DNA of 64,000 nucleotides from Laetmonice hystrix (Eukaryota). Each line of letters begins with the position of its first letter. Position 1 is the stretch's first letter. Shown here in pieces: positions 14,401 through 25,534 of this stretch. Made by a program: the position numbers and the translations under genes. The DNA is taken from contig OZ249436.1 of the NCBI GenBank assembly GCA_965235115.1, positions 37,140,001 to 37,204,000 of the forward strand, read 5' to 3'. Under the pieces are notes generated by a model. It searched no databases, had not been told where the DNA came from, and saw nothing but the letters and a program-made list of their open reading frames with translations.

Positions 14401-16210
14401 TGTGACTGGACAAGTCGCTATCAACCATGGTGAAGGTCTTCACGTGGGTGCCAGATGTTCGAATTTGTTATTTACACAAAATTAAACTTCATTGAATCGA
14501 GTTTTATATGCATTCACTGCCAACGGATAATGTCTTCTCATTCGAAGTTACTATTCGAGGTTATTATATACAAAATATCTGCATGTCCGATCAAATTTCC
14601 TTGCCTCTGGTCCACTATACTCAGAGACCACCAGTAGAAAACACGTTTGGGCTAGACAGATTTTCTTTTGGCGAGATGTTTCTGAGAGGCTTCAGCTGCG
14701 CAACGACGTCGGCTTCTTAGAGCTGCCCTTAAATAGATCATCAAACAATGTGGTTTGCTGATAAGTAAGACGGCAGAACATTTACCCAGTCGTCTTTTCC
14801 ATAGCAACGACAAGGAACAACCATTTCTTCAGAACACCACTTTTCAAGGTCGACCGAAATATTTTAATCTGGGCGACTTTGATTATAATATCGCGGGAAT
14901 TCATTATTAGAATGTATCCAAAGTACTCCCCTTGCTGCTCGTAAAAGGCGACAAAGGGGGCGAAGGCTGGGTTGGTGAAGGGGCTGAGCATCACATCTTG
15001 CTCATGAATCTCTCTCATTGGCATCGCGTTTTTAATGCGGCAAGGGAATATCTTTGTATTTTTCCTCTGAATATAGGCCTATATAGTTGAAATACTGTCG
15101 ACAAGACATAGCTTCTTGCTGGAAGTGGTAGAGTGTCCGCAAGGTCTGTCTCTTGGAGTAGGGCCCTGTTTAATGTCAAGGCTGACCATTACGCAAATAT
15201 AATTCATTTCAAGTCTCTTCTCTGCCCTCAGTTAATACGACTTAATACTATATGTTTTTGGTAGGCATGCATTCATTATGAGGCAGCTAATTTATGGATG
15301 GCAGGCTGTGCTCTTGGTTTTGTCACAATTCACCATGTTTATCTCACACAACACAGCGTACGACGACAATGCATCACATAAAAAGTTAGCATCGTCCAAA
15401 TTGACGACCACTCCGCTGGTGTTGCTTTTCATTTCCGTTATATACTTTTTAAAGTTTCTTTTCAGGTTCTTGTTTTTCCTCTTCCAGTGTTACAAAAGCG
15501 TAATGACTACCTTTATGGAAATGTGAGGTATTTGGAGCTGCAGTTGGTGGAAACCTACAGCAAGAAGCCAGACCACTGCAAATGCAACACGACTAATAGC
15601 CAACTGCAATGAGGTTTTAGGCCCATAACACTTCTTGGAGTGAAGTGCAATTCTGACTGTGTTGTTCTAATTATCTTGCTTTCTTTCGGATTCCTACCTG
15701 GTGTAGAGCTGTAATTGACATGCCACTCACTTCCGTCGTAAGCCTATACAGTAATTTATCACCCACCGTTACTTGTCACAGGTACAGGTAATGTCGATCG
15801 CCTGCTGAGGCGACACACTCAGTGTTTGACGTGAAGAGAGCTTTCATAAACCAGCCGGACGCACCTAAGACCACTGGATCTTCAACTCGGCCATTACAGA
15901 GGAGAAGGTGCTGATAGTGATATGTAGAAAAACTCTGTCCGCTGACCTGCAAGGCCAAGGAAAAAATAATAGTGTTGTTCCCATAACCCGATTGATTGGA
16001 AGCCAGCCGATCCAACCCAGGTTGGACCTTTTGTAATGTGACTATTATGTAAAGTGATCAGCATATCTAAACATAGGTAGTATGCAAGGAAAAGGGAATC
16101 ATTACCGACCTTTCTATAGCAAGGTCTATGCCTACAGACGGCGAAATGGCATCTTGGTGATAACCGATGGTTTGCCAGAAGGGATGCCCTCGTTTTTCTC
16201 TCTATTGCTT
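11450..16210 (-). pseudogene. Decayed ionotropic glutamate receptor-like (ANF/ATD + S1 + S2 + pre-M4) pseudogene
   Basis: Minus-strand fragments in the correct order: 'SVGIDLAIER' (~16105-16140), 'NTECVASAG' (~15800-15830), 'YGP..S....VA...W' and 'SSKYLTF' (~15515-15630), 'NSRDIIIKV..R..LKSG..WLFLVV' (~14805-14905), 'YD/MSVLALSLD' (14015-14048), 'YTGVIRV', 'ILIRIARQAG' (~13485-13512), 'GGVIW..EEGAAFIAVPI' (~13230-13290), 'GVWCNLI', 'IFPKGS' (12721-12738) and 'PLKLHD..SGAFY' (~11735-11780). Many stops and frameshifts; no SYTANLAAF found. Confidence 0.45.
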
Positions 16211-16591
16211 ATGAAGGCAATTGATGGCAGCTTCCCGTGACTTGACAATCATGTGGAACACTTGGTAAGTCAGAGACAAGTACCTAGATCAACGCCCAGT
16301 CGCCATCATCCAGATGGCGTTTGGAGAACCACAGAGATGTCATATTTTTTCGTACTCATGATTTGTGATGGATCTTTACACTTGTATAATGAATGGTTGA
16401 CCGGGGATGACACTGCTACGTGCCAATTGGTAGAACTTGTAAGGATGACTTGGCACGCCACTGTCTTTGGAGTGTGGTTCTCGACAGCCGCCACCGATTC
16501 TGTGCGTAACAACGAGTGTGTTTGGCCATCGATGTTCGAACAAAGGGGAATGCCAAAGTACAACATGTACTCTCTTTTTCCCCCAATACTC

Positions 16592-16650
16592 CCCTAGCTT
16601 CACTTGACGCCCACGGGGGGGGGGGGGCCCTAGCTTCACTTGACGCCCAC
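16592..16650 (+). repeat. 23-bp direct repeat flanking G13
   Basis: CCCTAGCTTCACTTGACGCCCAC at 16592-16614 and 16628-16650, separated only by 13 G. Confidence 0.95.
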
Positions 16651-16766
16651 AGGTTTGTGTTAGTCTGGAGATCTCGGTCAGTATTATAGTTATTTTTATG
16701 AAGGATAGATCATTGCCATCACTCCAGTATGTTTTGTACATGAATCGCTGGTCGCCACGCAGAGAG

Positions 16767-17013
16767 GGCCTGTTCCGGCTAGTCCTAACGGCTAGTTATG
16801 TCCGGTAGGAGTGAGTAGTGGTGGTTTTCCGCCGTGCCGGCATCCAGGGCCATCTTCACGGCGAAAACAGGGTTAAAAGACCATGAAATGAAAGAAACCT
16901 ATTTTATCCCGGGCCCCAACGGGAATATGTCCGGTAGGAGATATGTCCGCAAACATCAGCTAGATGTGTCCGGTACCGGACACATCTAGCTGATATCTAG
17001 CCGGAACAGGGCT
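16767..17013. mobile_element. Palindromic MITE interrupted by a short retroposon
   Basis: TIR CCTGTTCCGGCTAG / CTAGCCGGAACAGG; internal palindrome ATCAGCTAGATGTGTCCGGTACCGGACACATCTAGCTGAT. Confidence 0.7.
16812..16925 (-). mobile_element. ~114-bp short non-autonomous retroposon with 15-bp TSD
   Basis: Flanked by TATGTCCGGTAGGAG at 16797-16811 and 16926-16940. Contains a CGCCGTG..CACGGCG stem-loop next to a (GAGT)-type tail and a TCCCG..CGGGA hairpin at the other end. Related copies at ~11268, ~20091, ~55424, ~55483 and ~57213. Confidence 0.8.
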
Positions 17014-18954
17014 GTACTTCGACCGTCGATACCAGGCTGGCATTTGGACGGTGGCATTGCCGTTAACATTGTGACCGAGTCAGTGTTATAGGTAGACTGT
17101 TTAAATTTGGATGGGAGTTTGGACCTGCCAAACAGCCAATTAATTAGCCGTCGGCCAGTTTTAGTCGTGGAAAAATGCGGAGTAGCCGAGGAATTCTACT
17201 CACCTCACGGCATGTTATACCTAGGCCTACTGGACATTTTTAATACAGCTTGAAGGATGAGTAGACTGAGGCTGTTCGTCCGACCTGGCATTTCATTATA
17301 GCCAAAACTATAACGTTCGTATTTAAGAATTTGGTTACATGCGCTGGAAAATACCTTCCCCCGATAGCCGACCGGTTTTGAGCTGGCGTTAAATCGTCGA
17401 TAACCAAGGACGTTATTATTAAGTCAACATTGGTATAATACTACTCATGATATAGTTGAAAGTAAGGGTATCAAGGGGGATCCAGTTCAGTCATATAGCT
17501 TTGTCATGCAGTAAACTTAAGCCATTGCACAAAGTATAGCCTTTCTTTCTTAAAGATTTTCTTGACGTAGTTCGCGCCTCACGCCCCCTTTCCACAACTC
17601 GAGGGCGACTGCCCCCAAGCCACTTCCAATACCTCTAAATGGCGTGTGTGTGGCTGGGGGGGGGGGGGGGTTAAAGTACACATTTCTCCTGCCCAGCTTA
17701 TAACATGGGCGCCTGTCTCCTGGGTAAGACGCATAAGTAACAACTAGTTAGGTCGCTTCCCTCTTTTCTAAGATCCGTCTAGGCGCCTAGTTATGCAAAG
17801 GGTATAGAAGTGTTTTGCATAGAATTATAGATCCTTTATTTCAATATTGACATGTATAATATAAAAACATGACATGAATTGCTTTGAGTGGTCATACATT
17901 GGATTAAGCGGAATATCTGTCGCAGCCTCCAATGCAACTTTGCATAATGCATTATTCCAGGGGGCAGAGCGGTTTCATTCGAAATCAATTCCAGGGAGTT
18001 TGTTTGACAAAGACGGGCGTGATGGACTAGGCACACGGATATTTCAGGCGCCCTCTCGGCCATTGAGGACGCCACTCGCCTGTATATTTAGTGTGGGGTC
18101 TCGAGAGAAGCGTTTGTCCCCAGATCTTCACGGCCGCCGTATCGTGGAATGTGGAGACGTCCGGCCTGACATTGAAGACATTGAAGAGTTCTTTGTTTAT
18201 CTCACAATCCACCAGAGGTCGCCCTATCACCATGGTTGCGGTACAGAGACACGGCGTCGTGAGAACTAGGCCTACTGTTCTGTTCAAGCTGTTCGGCTAC
18301 TCTACTGTTTGCAATGTCGTATAACGGCAGAGAATTTAGTTAAAGCGAAATGCAAGAATAGAGATTCAAATACACTTTCCATGTACCTCTTAAAATAAAG
18401 AATAATATCAGCAATACATGCAGGTCGGTCATCAGGTTTCACATAGAATAGAATTCCGGCCTTAAAGGGAAATGTGAGGGTTCGACGGAATTTGATTGAC
18501 CACTAGAATTTTCAAAATATTTTTATGGGGGATAGCCTTTGTCCTTAGGAGTACAAAGAAACAAAAAAAACATATGTCACTGAATTAGATTTTTTTATAC
18601 AGTACCTTTGAACACCAGTCGTAACACCATGTGAAGTGTCTAATATCGCACCGATAAGGGGAACACTGTCGTAGGCGACTTTTAAAAATACCGCTCGGGT
18701 CACGCGTTATTTTCACGGGAGACGGGGGAGGTATGACGCGGCGTCACAAACACCAGCTAATCTTGGTTTTAGTTTCACGGGAAGTGTTTCAAGTCTGCTA
18801 AAACACAAACAAAAGGTGGAAAATTACCTCCGTCTCCGATCTCGGCGATCTAGTCCTTCGCTGTTAGTGAAACGGCCCCCTAGACCCTGTTTCTGTTAGA
18901 CAGATCCAGTGCCACGCGTTACCCTGTAGCAATCCTTCACTGGCTTCATCGGAC

Positions 18955-18981
18955 ACTCACTCACTCACTCACTCACTCACT
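18955..18981. repeat. (CACT)n microsatellite, possibly an orphan SINE tail
   Basis: Directly visible. Confidence 0.85.
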
Positions 18982-20090
18982 ACGACTGACTCATTTACAC
19001 TACTGACTCTGTACTCTTACCGGTGACAGCAAACACCTTTTTTCTCTCTCTTCACACCCTTATTGGGGTATGTTGACAAATACAGAGTTTGTGTGCAGCT
19101 ATCGTTTGCAACCCTCTCTGAAATTGTTGATGAATCTGTCGCCATCTTGCTTTGACAACTTTGGTTTAGCGGTGACGTCGTGGCAGGTTTCTAGTAAAAG
19201 TGGAATCGCAGCGGGACGTGAATAGTGGCACTCTGGCCGGGAATCTGCGTGGTTCGTTCCGCCTGGCGGCCACATAACAGTTCGTGGACAAGTGGGGCAA
19301 ACAAGCAGACGAAGCCAGCGGGAGAAGGTCTAGCTACATTTCAGTTGATTATTCCTTTATTAAAGATCAGATAATCACAGGATTGTAGGTAAGAACAAGC
19401 TTGTTCATTCTGAATACCCTTATATTGATATTTTGAACTTGGTCTGTAGCTTTAACCCAAAATACTTTATTCATGCATCATCTTCCTCGAGACTAAGTTT
19501 CAAGAATATTGCAGCAGTACATCTACAAAAATAACAGCATAAAATGAGGGGGTATGTTATTTATGTCCGAGCCTGTACTCTTACAATATGTAAGTGTAAA
19601 ATAATGATGAGTTAACGTCAACTCTCGTGCCTACAGGCAGTTTGTATCATCAACCAAATATCAAGTCCAAGCACTTAATATCAAACACACTCTTGAGAAT
19701 ATCACCATCCACTTTTCACCTTTGAAAAGCCACAGAGCAATTTGTATCCATCTACCGTCAATTAGTATGCTCCTCGAATCAAGAGACTTTCTGCAGCCGG
19801 TGAAGCACAAAATGGGACGACCGTTGGCAAAGCGCGGGCGGTGTATAGTTACGAGACGTGGGCACAAACTGCGGAATGTCCTCGGATGTGCTCTATCTTC
19901 TCTGGAATAAAGAAGGCAAGAATAAAGCCAGGAATACGTGTGGGCGTGATGCGTAATCTGTACTGTGTACTGCGTGTTCATCAAAATCAATGAAAACACG
20001 TTGGAGTGATTCCATATGTGTGCATAGTGCGGGATGCGTGTTTTCATTTGTTCTAAATTACGCAATACTCAATAGGGACACATGGATTCC

Positions 20091-20190
20091 TGGCTTTAGG
20101 CCGCATCGGCAACACAGGCCACCTTCACGGCAAAAAAAACCTGAAACTAGATAAATGCCATACCAAGGACGTTTTGTCTCCCCGGTGGAT
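20091..20190 (-). mobile_element. Diverged copy of the short retroposon family
   Basis: GCCGCATCGGCAACACAGGCCACCTTCACGGC...TTTTGTCTCCCCGG matches the 16812 copy. Confidence 0.6.
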
Positions 20191-20256
20191 TGGATTGTTT
20201 GCAATTTTGACCATTCAAAATTAGCTTTATTGTTTCTTTTTGATCAGCCCTCTTTT

Positions 20257-22098
20257 GAGTGGTGGTGAAAAGTGCCGGACTGCCGGTGTCACATCGAAAA
20301 CTGACCCCCGTGGTAAATTGACCCCCGAGTCACTTTTCCACAGTGGAAAAGTGACCCTCCCTATGGTAATCTGACCATCAAGGAAAAGTTAAGACATTTC
20401 TTGTTCTCAATTGTACTCAATTTGTCAATCTGCGCAATTTGCAAATAGTGTTAATTCATATAGACCTAACCCTAAACTTACCTTAACCCTAACCGAGGGG
20501 CGTACAGGTAGCACCCGTATCTGCTGGTTTGCCCTTTTAAACTTGCGCAAGTCGCAAAAGTGAGTACTGCTGAACAGGTGTCAAAACTGTTGAAACATAC
20601 CAAGAAGCAGGAAAATGACGATAGATTCCAATGTAAAGACGTTATGCCTAATATCTATGTTATTCAACCTGGGTCATTTTTCCACAGGGGAGGTCACTTT
20701 TCCACTGTGGTAAAGTGACCCGGGGGTCGATTTACCACGTGGTAAATTGACCCCCGGGTCACTCTACCACGGGGTTACTTTACCACATCACACCTGTCAT
20801 TGCCGGCAATCTTTACTAATGTCCGATGTGAGGCATAATAACATCTGACAGATTGTCCGGTGTTATCAGATGGTCATGATGGTCGTAACCAGTACTCAAG
20901 GTCCATGAGAAAGGTGGCAGCCTCACAGTCGGTGGTCTGTCAGGCTGCCGCCTGGCCCTGACTGGACGTTATGTAAGGGTAGCTGATAAGGGCAGGTGGT
21001 GGTGACAACCCCATTCCTCCCAGTCAGGGTTGGTTTGGAGGATCCTTGTGCTCAGAAGAGAGCTACTTGAACTAGCTCAGCCTTGTATAACTACTACATA
21101 TATTTTCTTGAATCTTCTATTGAAGGAGAGCGGAATAAAACAATACTCTGATTATAGGTTGGCCAGCTGCCTTTGGTTTAGTGAGCCAGCAGGTTGGCGT
21201 GGATAGCATTCACACCCATTGGCATTGTCTTTGTATGACACTGGGATGGGAAGGAGCTGCTTGATGTACGTGTGCTGTTAAAATGCTAAGAAAGGAGTAT
21301 TAATCCATGAGGAGTATCATAGTTTGCAATGACAAAGGGCAACTTACTGAATTCATAGTTTGATATATTCTTGGTTGAAAAAGTCCAGAATTTGAAAATG
21401 TGCCCCACCTAACATGGCCCACCTGGCTAAGGGCCCGTAACTCCCTGACCAAGCACAAACCCTATAGGAATTATTTTCAAAGTTGAAAAATTGTGCAATA
21501 AATTGAAAAATAAATTAAGGGCCTGTTCAAACTTGTAAGGGCCTACTAAAAGTGTCTAAGGGCCTGCTTAGATTTTGGCTAACTTCGTGTCCTAAGGTTC
21601 CATGAATTGCAAATGTGTTCCAGAGTATATTTCAATGTTTTTCCATCAATAAATCTGTCACTATTACTTTGATTATTTCAACAGAGCTACTTTCCTGAAG
21701 AAATATATATCGTATATCAGAAAAATGTGACAGATTGAAATATCGTAACGCGTAATTTGACTGATACACAGGCCAACCGTCTGTAAACATGTCTGGTTCC
21801 TTTTTGTATTTTTAACTCCAGTACATGTGTACTTACGTATGGATCTGTAATGAGATATCAAACGCAGAGAAAGAACCACAAAAGAGCAACGTTTTAAAAA
21901 TGAAAGTCTAATAAGGCTATACTTGTATTACAAAACAACAATATATTTGTTTATTGTCCGCGAAATGAAAAAATGTCAGGTGTTAAAGCCATTTTACATG
22001 TGACAAAAGTATCTGATGTAAAACAAAAATGTCAGATGTAACGCTCTTTTACATCTGACACTTTGTCAGATGTGGGAAAAAACTTTTCATCACCACTG
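20257..22098. mobile_element. Old non-autonomous hAT-like DNA transposon carrying a nested MITE
   Basis: TIR (G)AGTGGTGGTGAAAAGT / ACTTTTCATCACCACTG. Subterminal TGTCAGATGT/ACATCTGACA repeats occur at both ends (~20820-20870, ~21975-22075). Eroded 8-bp TSD CCTCTTTT / CCTCTACC. Confidence 0.6.
20287..20792. mobile_element. TGT..ACA MITE (Ginger-like) with TGACCCC-repeat arms
   Basis: Begins TGTCAC and ends ATCACA; flanks CCGG / CCTG (4-bp TSD, one mismatch). Arms are built from GTGGTAAATTGACCCCC / GGAAAAGTGACCC units, with an internal CCTAAC(C) telomere-like tract (~20465-20493). Confidence 0.65.
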
Positions 22099-22429
22099 CC
22101 TCTACCCCATGCAATATTTATTCTAATACCCGGTGTATCGTCTGGGGCGAGGGATAGGGTGGTATAGCATTTCTCTTATTGGTCCTCCCAAGAGAGTACG
22201 ATGGGGGGGGGGGGGGTAAGACAGGACATAATTCTCACAACACTAATTTGCTTCTAAAGGTTATGAACAGTTGTCTCTTTTTTCATTAGTGTTGTGAGCA
22301 CATGTATAGAGGTTATGCTGGTGACGTATCTTGGAGGGAAAGCAAACCGAGGTACATAATAAATAGGCCCTGGACAATAGAAGCCAGTGAACCGTGATCC
22401 GTCTCCAATGGCGAGCCGAATGGGTAAAT

Positions 22430-22605
22430 TTGGGGAAACTAGGCTTTCCCAGCCCAAAACAGTGTTTTCTCTCCGGAGACCATGGTTTCCCAAGGAATCA
22501 AAGTTATTTTGGCAAAACATTGTTTTCCCGAGGGAAAACAGGTTTTCTGGTGGCAAACCCATGTTTTCTCAAAATAACTCTGCTTCCCAAGGGAAACTTA
22601 CCCCT
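22430..22605. repeat. Degenerate GGGAAAC..TTTCCC palindromic tandem repeats (transposon subterminal relic)
   Basis: Repeated GGGAAAC/AAAAC...GTTTTC/TTTCCC units. Confidence 0.5.
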
Positions 22606-23179
22606 TCGGCTTGCCACAGTCTTCACCAATAAACATGACCATGCTGTTTCCCTCCAAATGACGTCGATCTGAGACTCATGGGGGGTGTTTCATAAACCGA
22701 TGTCGTTAGTCTGTCAATGGATGGGAATTCCTTGGTTGGATTGAAGCCGATAACTATAACCATGGACCATGATTTCATTTCTCTCTTCATTCTTTCCGTT
22801 CATACTATGATAAAATATAATATGCATGACCACGAAACAAGTTTCGTGCCAACGTCAAGTCCAGGACAAGGCAGTCAACCCTATCTGCAGCAGTCTGTGT
22901 TCTAACGTCCATACCACTTGTAGTTTTAACCGTCCTTTGTCCCAGCTGATTATGGCTTCACTCTCAACGTGGGGTGGTTATATAAAATGTAGTATGCAAA
23001 TGCAGTTTCATATCACATGAAAGACTGCAGCAATGTTATTGGGTTCAGTGTCTCTGCCGACTGGGACCGAATTTCACCCTTTTAATTTGCACGTATGGGC
23101 CCTATCGTTAAATTATCCCACGTATACTCTTTGATTAAGAAACGCCAAGGCACCTACTGTTTCTCTAAATCTCAGCAGG

Positions 23180-23292
23180 TGATGATGAGGATTAAGTGAG
23201 AAAGAAACCTACCACCGGGAAGCAATACCATACTCTTTTCGAAAAGGTGCACGGGTTCTTTTATTATGCCCAGTAGCACAGACACGGCTGGG
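23180..23292 (-). mobile_element. SINE central-domain fragment (Meta-domain-like)
   Basis: Minus strand reads GTGTCTGTG..GCATAATAAAAGAACCCGTGC..TCGAAAAGAGTA, resembling from memory the conserved MetaSINE central domain. A second, diverged copy lies at ~51778-51852 (shared GATGATGAGGAT.AAGTGAGAAA..ACCGGGA). Confidence 0.55.
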
Positions 23293-24075
23293 CGTATAAG
23301 AAACCCCTTTAGGAGGGAGGGTCAGTGAGGGGAATTCCACTGGAAGGATCTGGCACTTGACCACTTCCTCGCACCAGCCCTCGCCCTATTTGTCGCCGCT
23401 TTTACGAGCAGCCAGTGGTTGAGCTGAGGAGTTTCTTAGCCGTGATCCACAAGGAGGCTCTGAACGGGGAGAAAACTGCTCATAGTATCATTCCTTCAAA
23501 GCTCCATATCTGAGTGCTCTGGGAAAGAACACATCGAATTAGTCGGCACACGCACCCCTCCACGCCTCTCATTAATTTATGTTCCTCGTTTTGATTACGA
23601 TTTTAATCTCGTCTTCAATATTCATCGTTAATTCTTTTTTGCCATTTTATCCTTTTAATTTATGTTTTTTAATTACCTTTGACAAGATCCTTTTTATAAA
23701 CATTTGGAACAACTACCCCGTGGGTTAACTATCTCATCCCGAATAAACGTCATTCCATGAAGAAAATACTACCCTGGTGGCGCCGCCAGGCTTGGGGGAC
23801 TTTATCCCCCAAGATTTTCTCTAGCCACCCCTCAGCCCCCCCCCCCCACCCCACCCCAACAGTGCCAACAAAAGGAACGTGCCCGTATCATATCTAGAAC
23901 AGATATCACAAACATCATCGTTTGGCAAAACGAAACAGCAAAGGTCACAGGAGAGGTCATTTATTGTTACTGAGTATACTCGCTTGGGAAGTTTGGGAAG
24001 AGTGAGAGAAGCCTTTGCCAGTCCGGGCAAAGCCATCTCTCGCTCTCAGCAACGATAAAGGACCTATCCTGTGGC

Positions 24076-25534
24076 TATGGTGGCCCAAAAGTATCATCTC
24101 GACTTACAAAATCTCGCATGGGGCAAATAAAATAAAAATCTCGCATGGTAGAAACACAAAATCAAAATCTCGCATGGTAGAAACACAAAATCAAAATCTC
24201 GCATGGTAGAAACACAAAATCAAAATCTCGCATGGTAGAAACACAAAATCAAAATCTCGCATGGTAGAAACAAAAATCAAAATCTCGCATGGTAGAAACA
24301 CAAAATCAAAATCTCGCATGGTAGAAACACAAAATCAAAATCTCGCATGGTAGAACAAAATCAAAATCTCGCATGGGGCTTTTTACGGGCGCTGCCATGT
24401 TGAAACTAGGCAAGCGACGCGCAAGCGCAGTATCGCCGGAAGTAGTCAGAGTGGCCTGGATCATCACGCCCTCTGTCGGCATACGCCCCAGTCTGATCCT
24501 AGCCTGGTCCCCGGTGCCTACCATACGCATCCGCTTGATGTTAGGCCCGGTGATGGCTAACAGAAAGCTGTAAAACGGAAGTGGTGATCTCCAAGCACTT
24601 CCGCCTCGGAGCTAATCACTTCCGCCTCCGGTCCGTTGGTCAGCGTTAACAGAGTGATTGACTTCTGCTTGGAGCGTGGCCGGGAGTGGCCAACAATAGC
24701 AACATGCCCCTGCGTATGCAGACCGTAGCAGGTGTGGGGACTGGTAACGTTATGTTTACATCCAGAAAAGCGAGGACATTTAACACTTGTATTTTAAAGG
24801 TATTGGCGAAAATATTTGTGTCTTGTTGGAGAAATACGGGGGGTACGGAACTATACCTCGTTTGCGTCCATGTTTTCGATGGGGCAATCACAACGCTTGC
24901 TTCGATTGGCCTTCACCAGGCTTTATATTGGCCTGGTCCCCATTCGGCCCACCTCGGGACTGTCCGGGCCAGGTCCGGAAGTTGGGCCGAGGTTTTCCGA
25001 ATGGCCTGGTCCCTAGCCTCGCCAAGAGTACCTGGTCCCCTGTCTTGCATGGATCCAGCCGCGCTCCTACTGTGCATTTTCTCCATGCGAGATTTTGATT
25101 TTGTGTTTCTAGCATGCGAGATTTTGATTTTGTGTTTCTAGCATGCGAGATTTTGATTTTGTGTTTCTAGCATGCGAGATTTTGATTTTGTGTTTCTAGC
25201 ATGCGAGATTTTGATTTTGTGTTTCTAGCATGCGAGATTTTGATTTTGTGTTTCTAGCATGCGAGATTTTGATTTTGTGTTTCTAGCATGCGAGATTTTG
25301 ATTTTGTGTTTCTAGCATGCGAGATTTTGATTTTGTGTTTCTAGCATGCGAGATTTTGATTTTGTGTTTCTAGCATGCGAGATTTTCTGTTTGCCCCATG
25401 CGAGATTTTGATTTTTTGTTTGTACCATGCGAGATTTTTAGTTTGCGAGTACGAGATTTTATTTTGCGAGTACGAGATTTTATTTTGCGAGTGCGAGATT
25501 TTTAAGTACGAGATGATACTTTTGAGCCACCATA
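24076..25534. mobile_element. Foldback-type non-autonomous DNA transposon with 6-bp TSD (IS3EU-like)
   Basis: Ends TATGGTGGCCCAAAAGTATCATCTCG / CGAGATGATACTTTTGAGCCACCATA, with a perfect TSD TGTGGC (24070-24075, 25535-25540). Each arm holds ~10-12 copies of a 29-bp unit. TAY..RTA ends plus a 6-bp TSD match the IS3EU superfamily as I recall it. Confidence 0.85.

Noticed and set aside
17836..18324. Overlapping ORFs of 77-131 aa
   Set aside because: No recognisable motif or convincing splice structure. A decayed exon cannot be excluded.
18462..19620. TTAA|AGGG start resembling a Kolobok element
   Set aside because: No matching right terminus found, so boundaries cannot be set.
20465..20493. 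CCTAAC(C) telomere-like tract as an interstitial telomere
   Set aside because: Short, degenerate and internal to a MITE.
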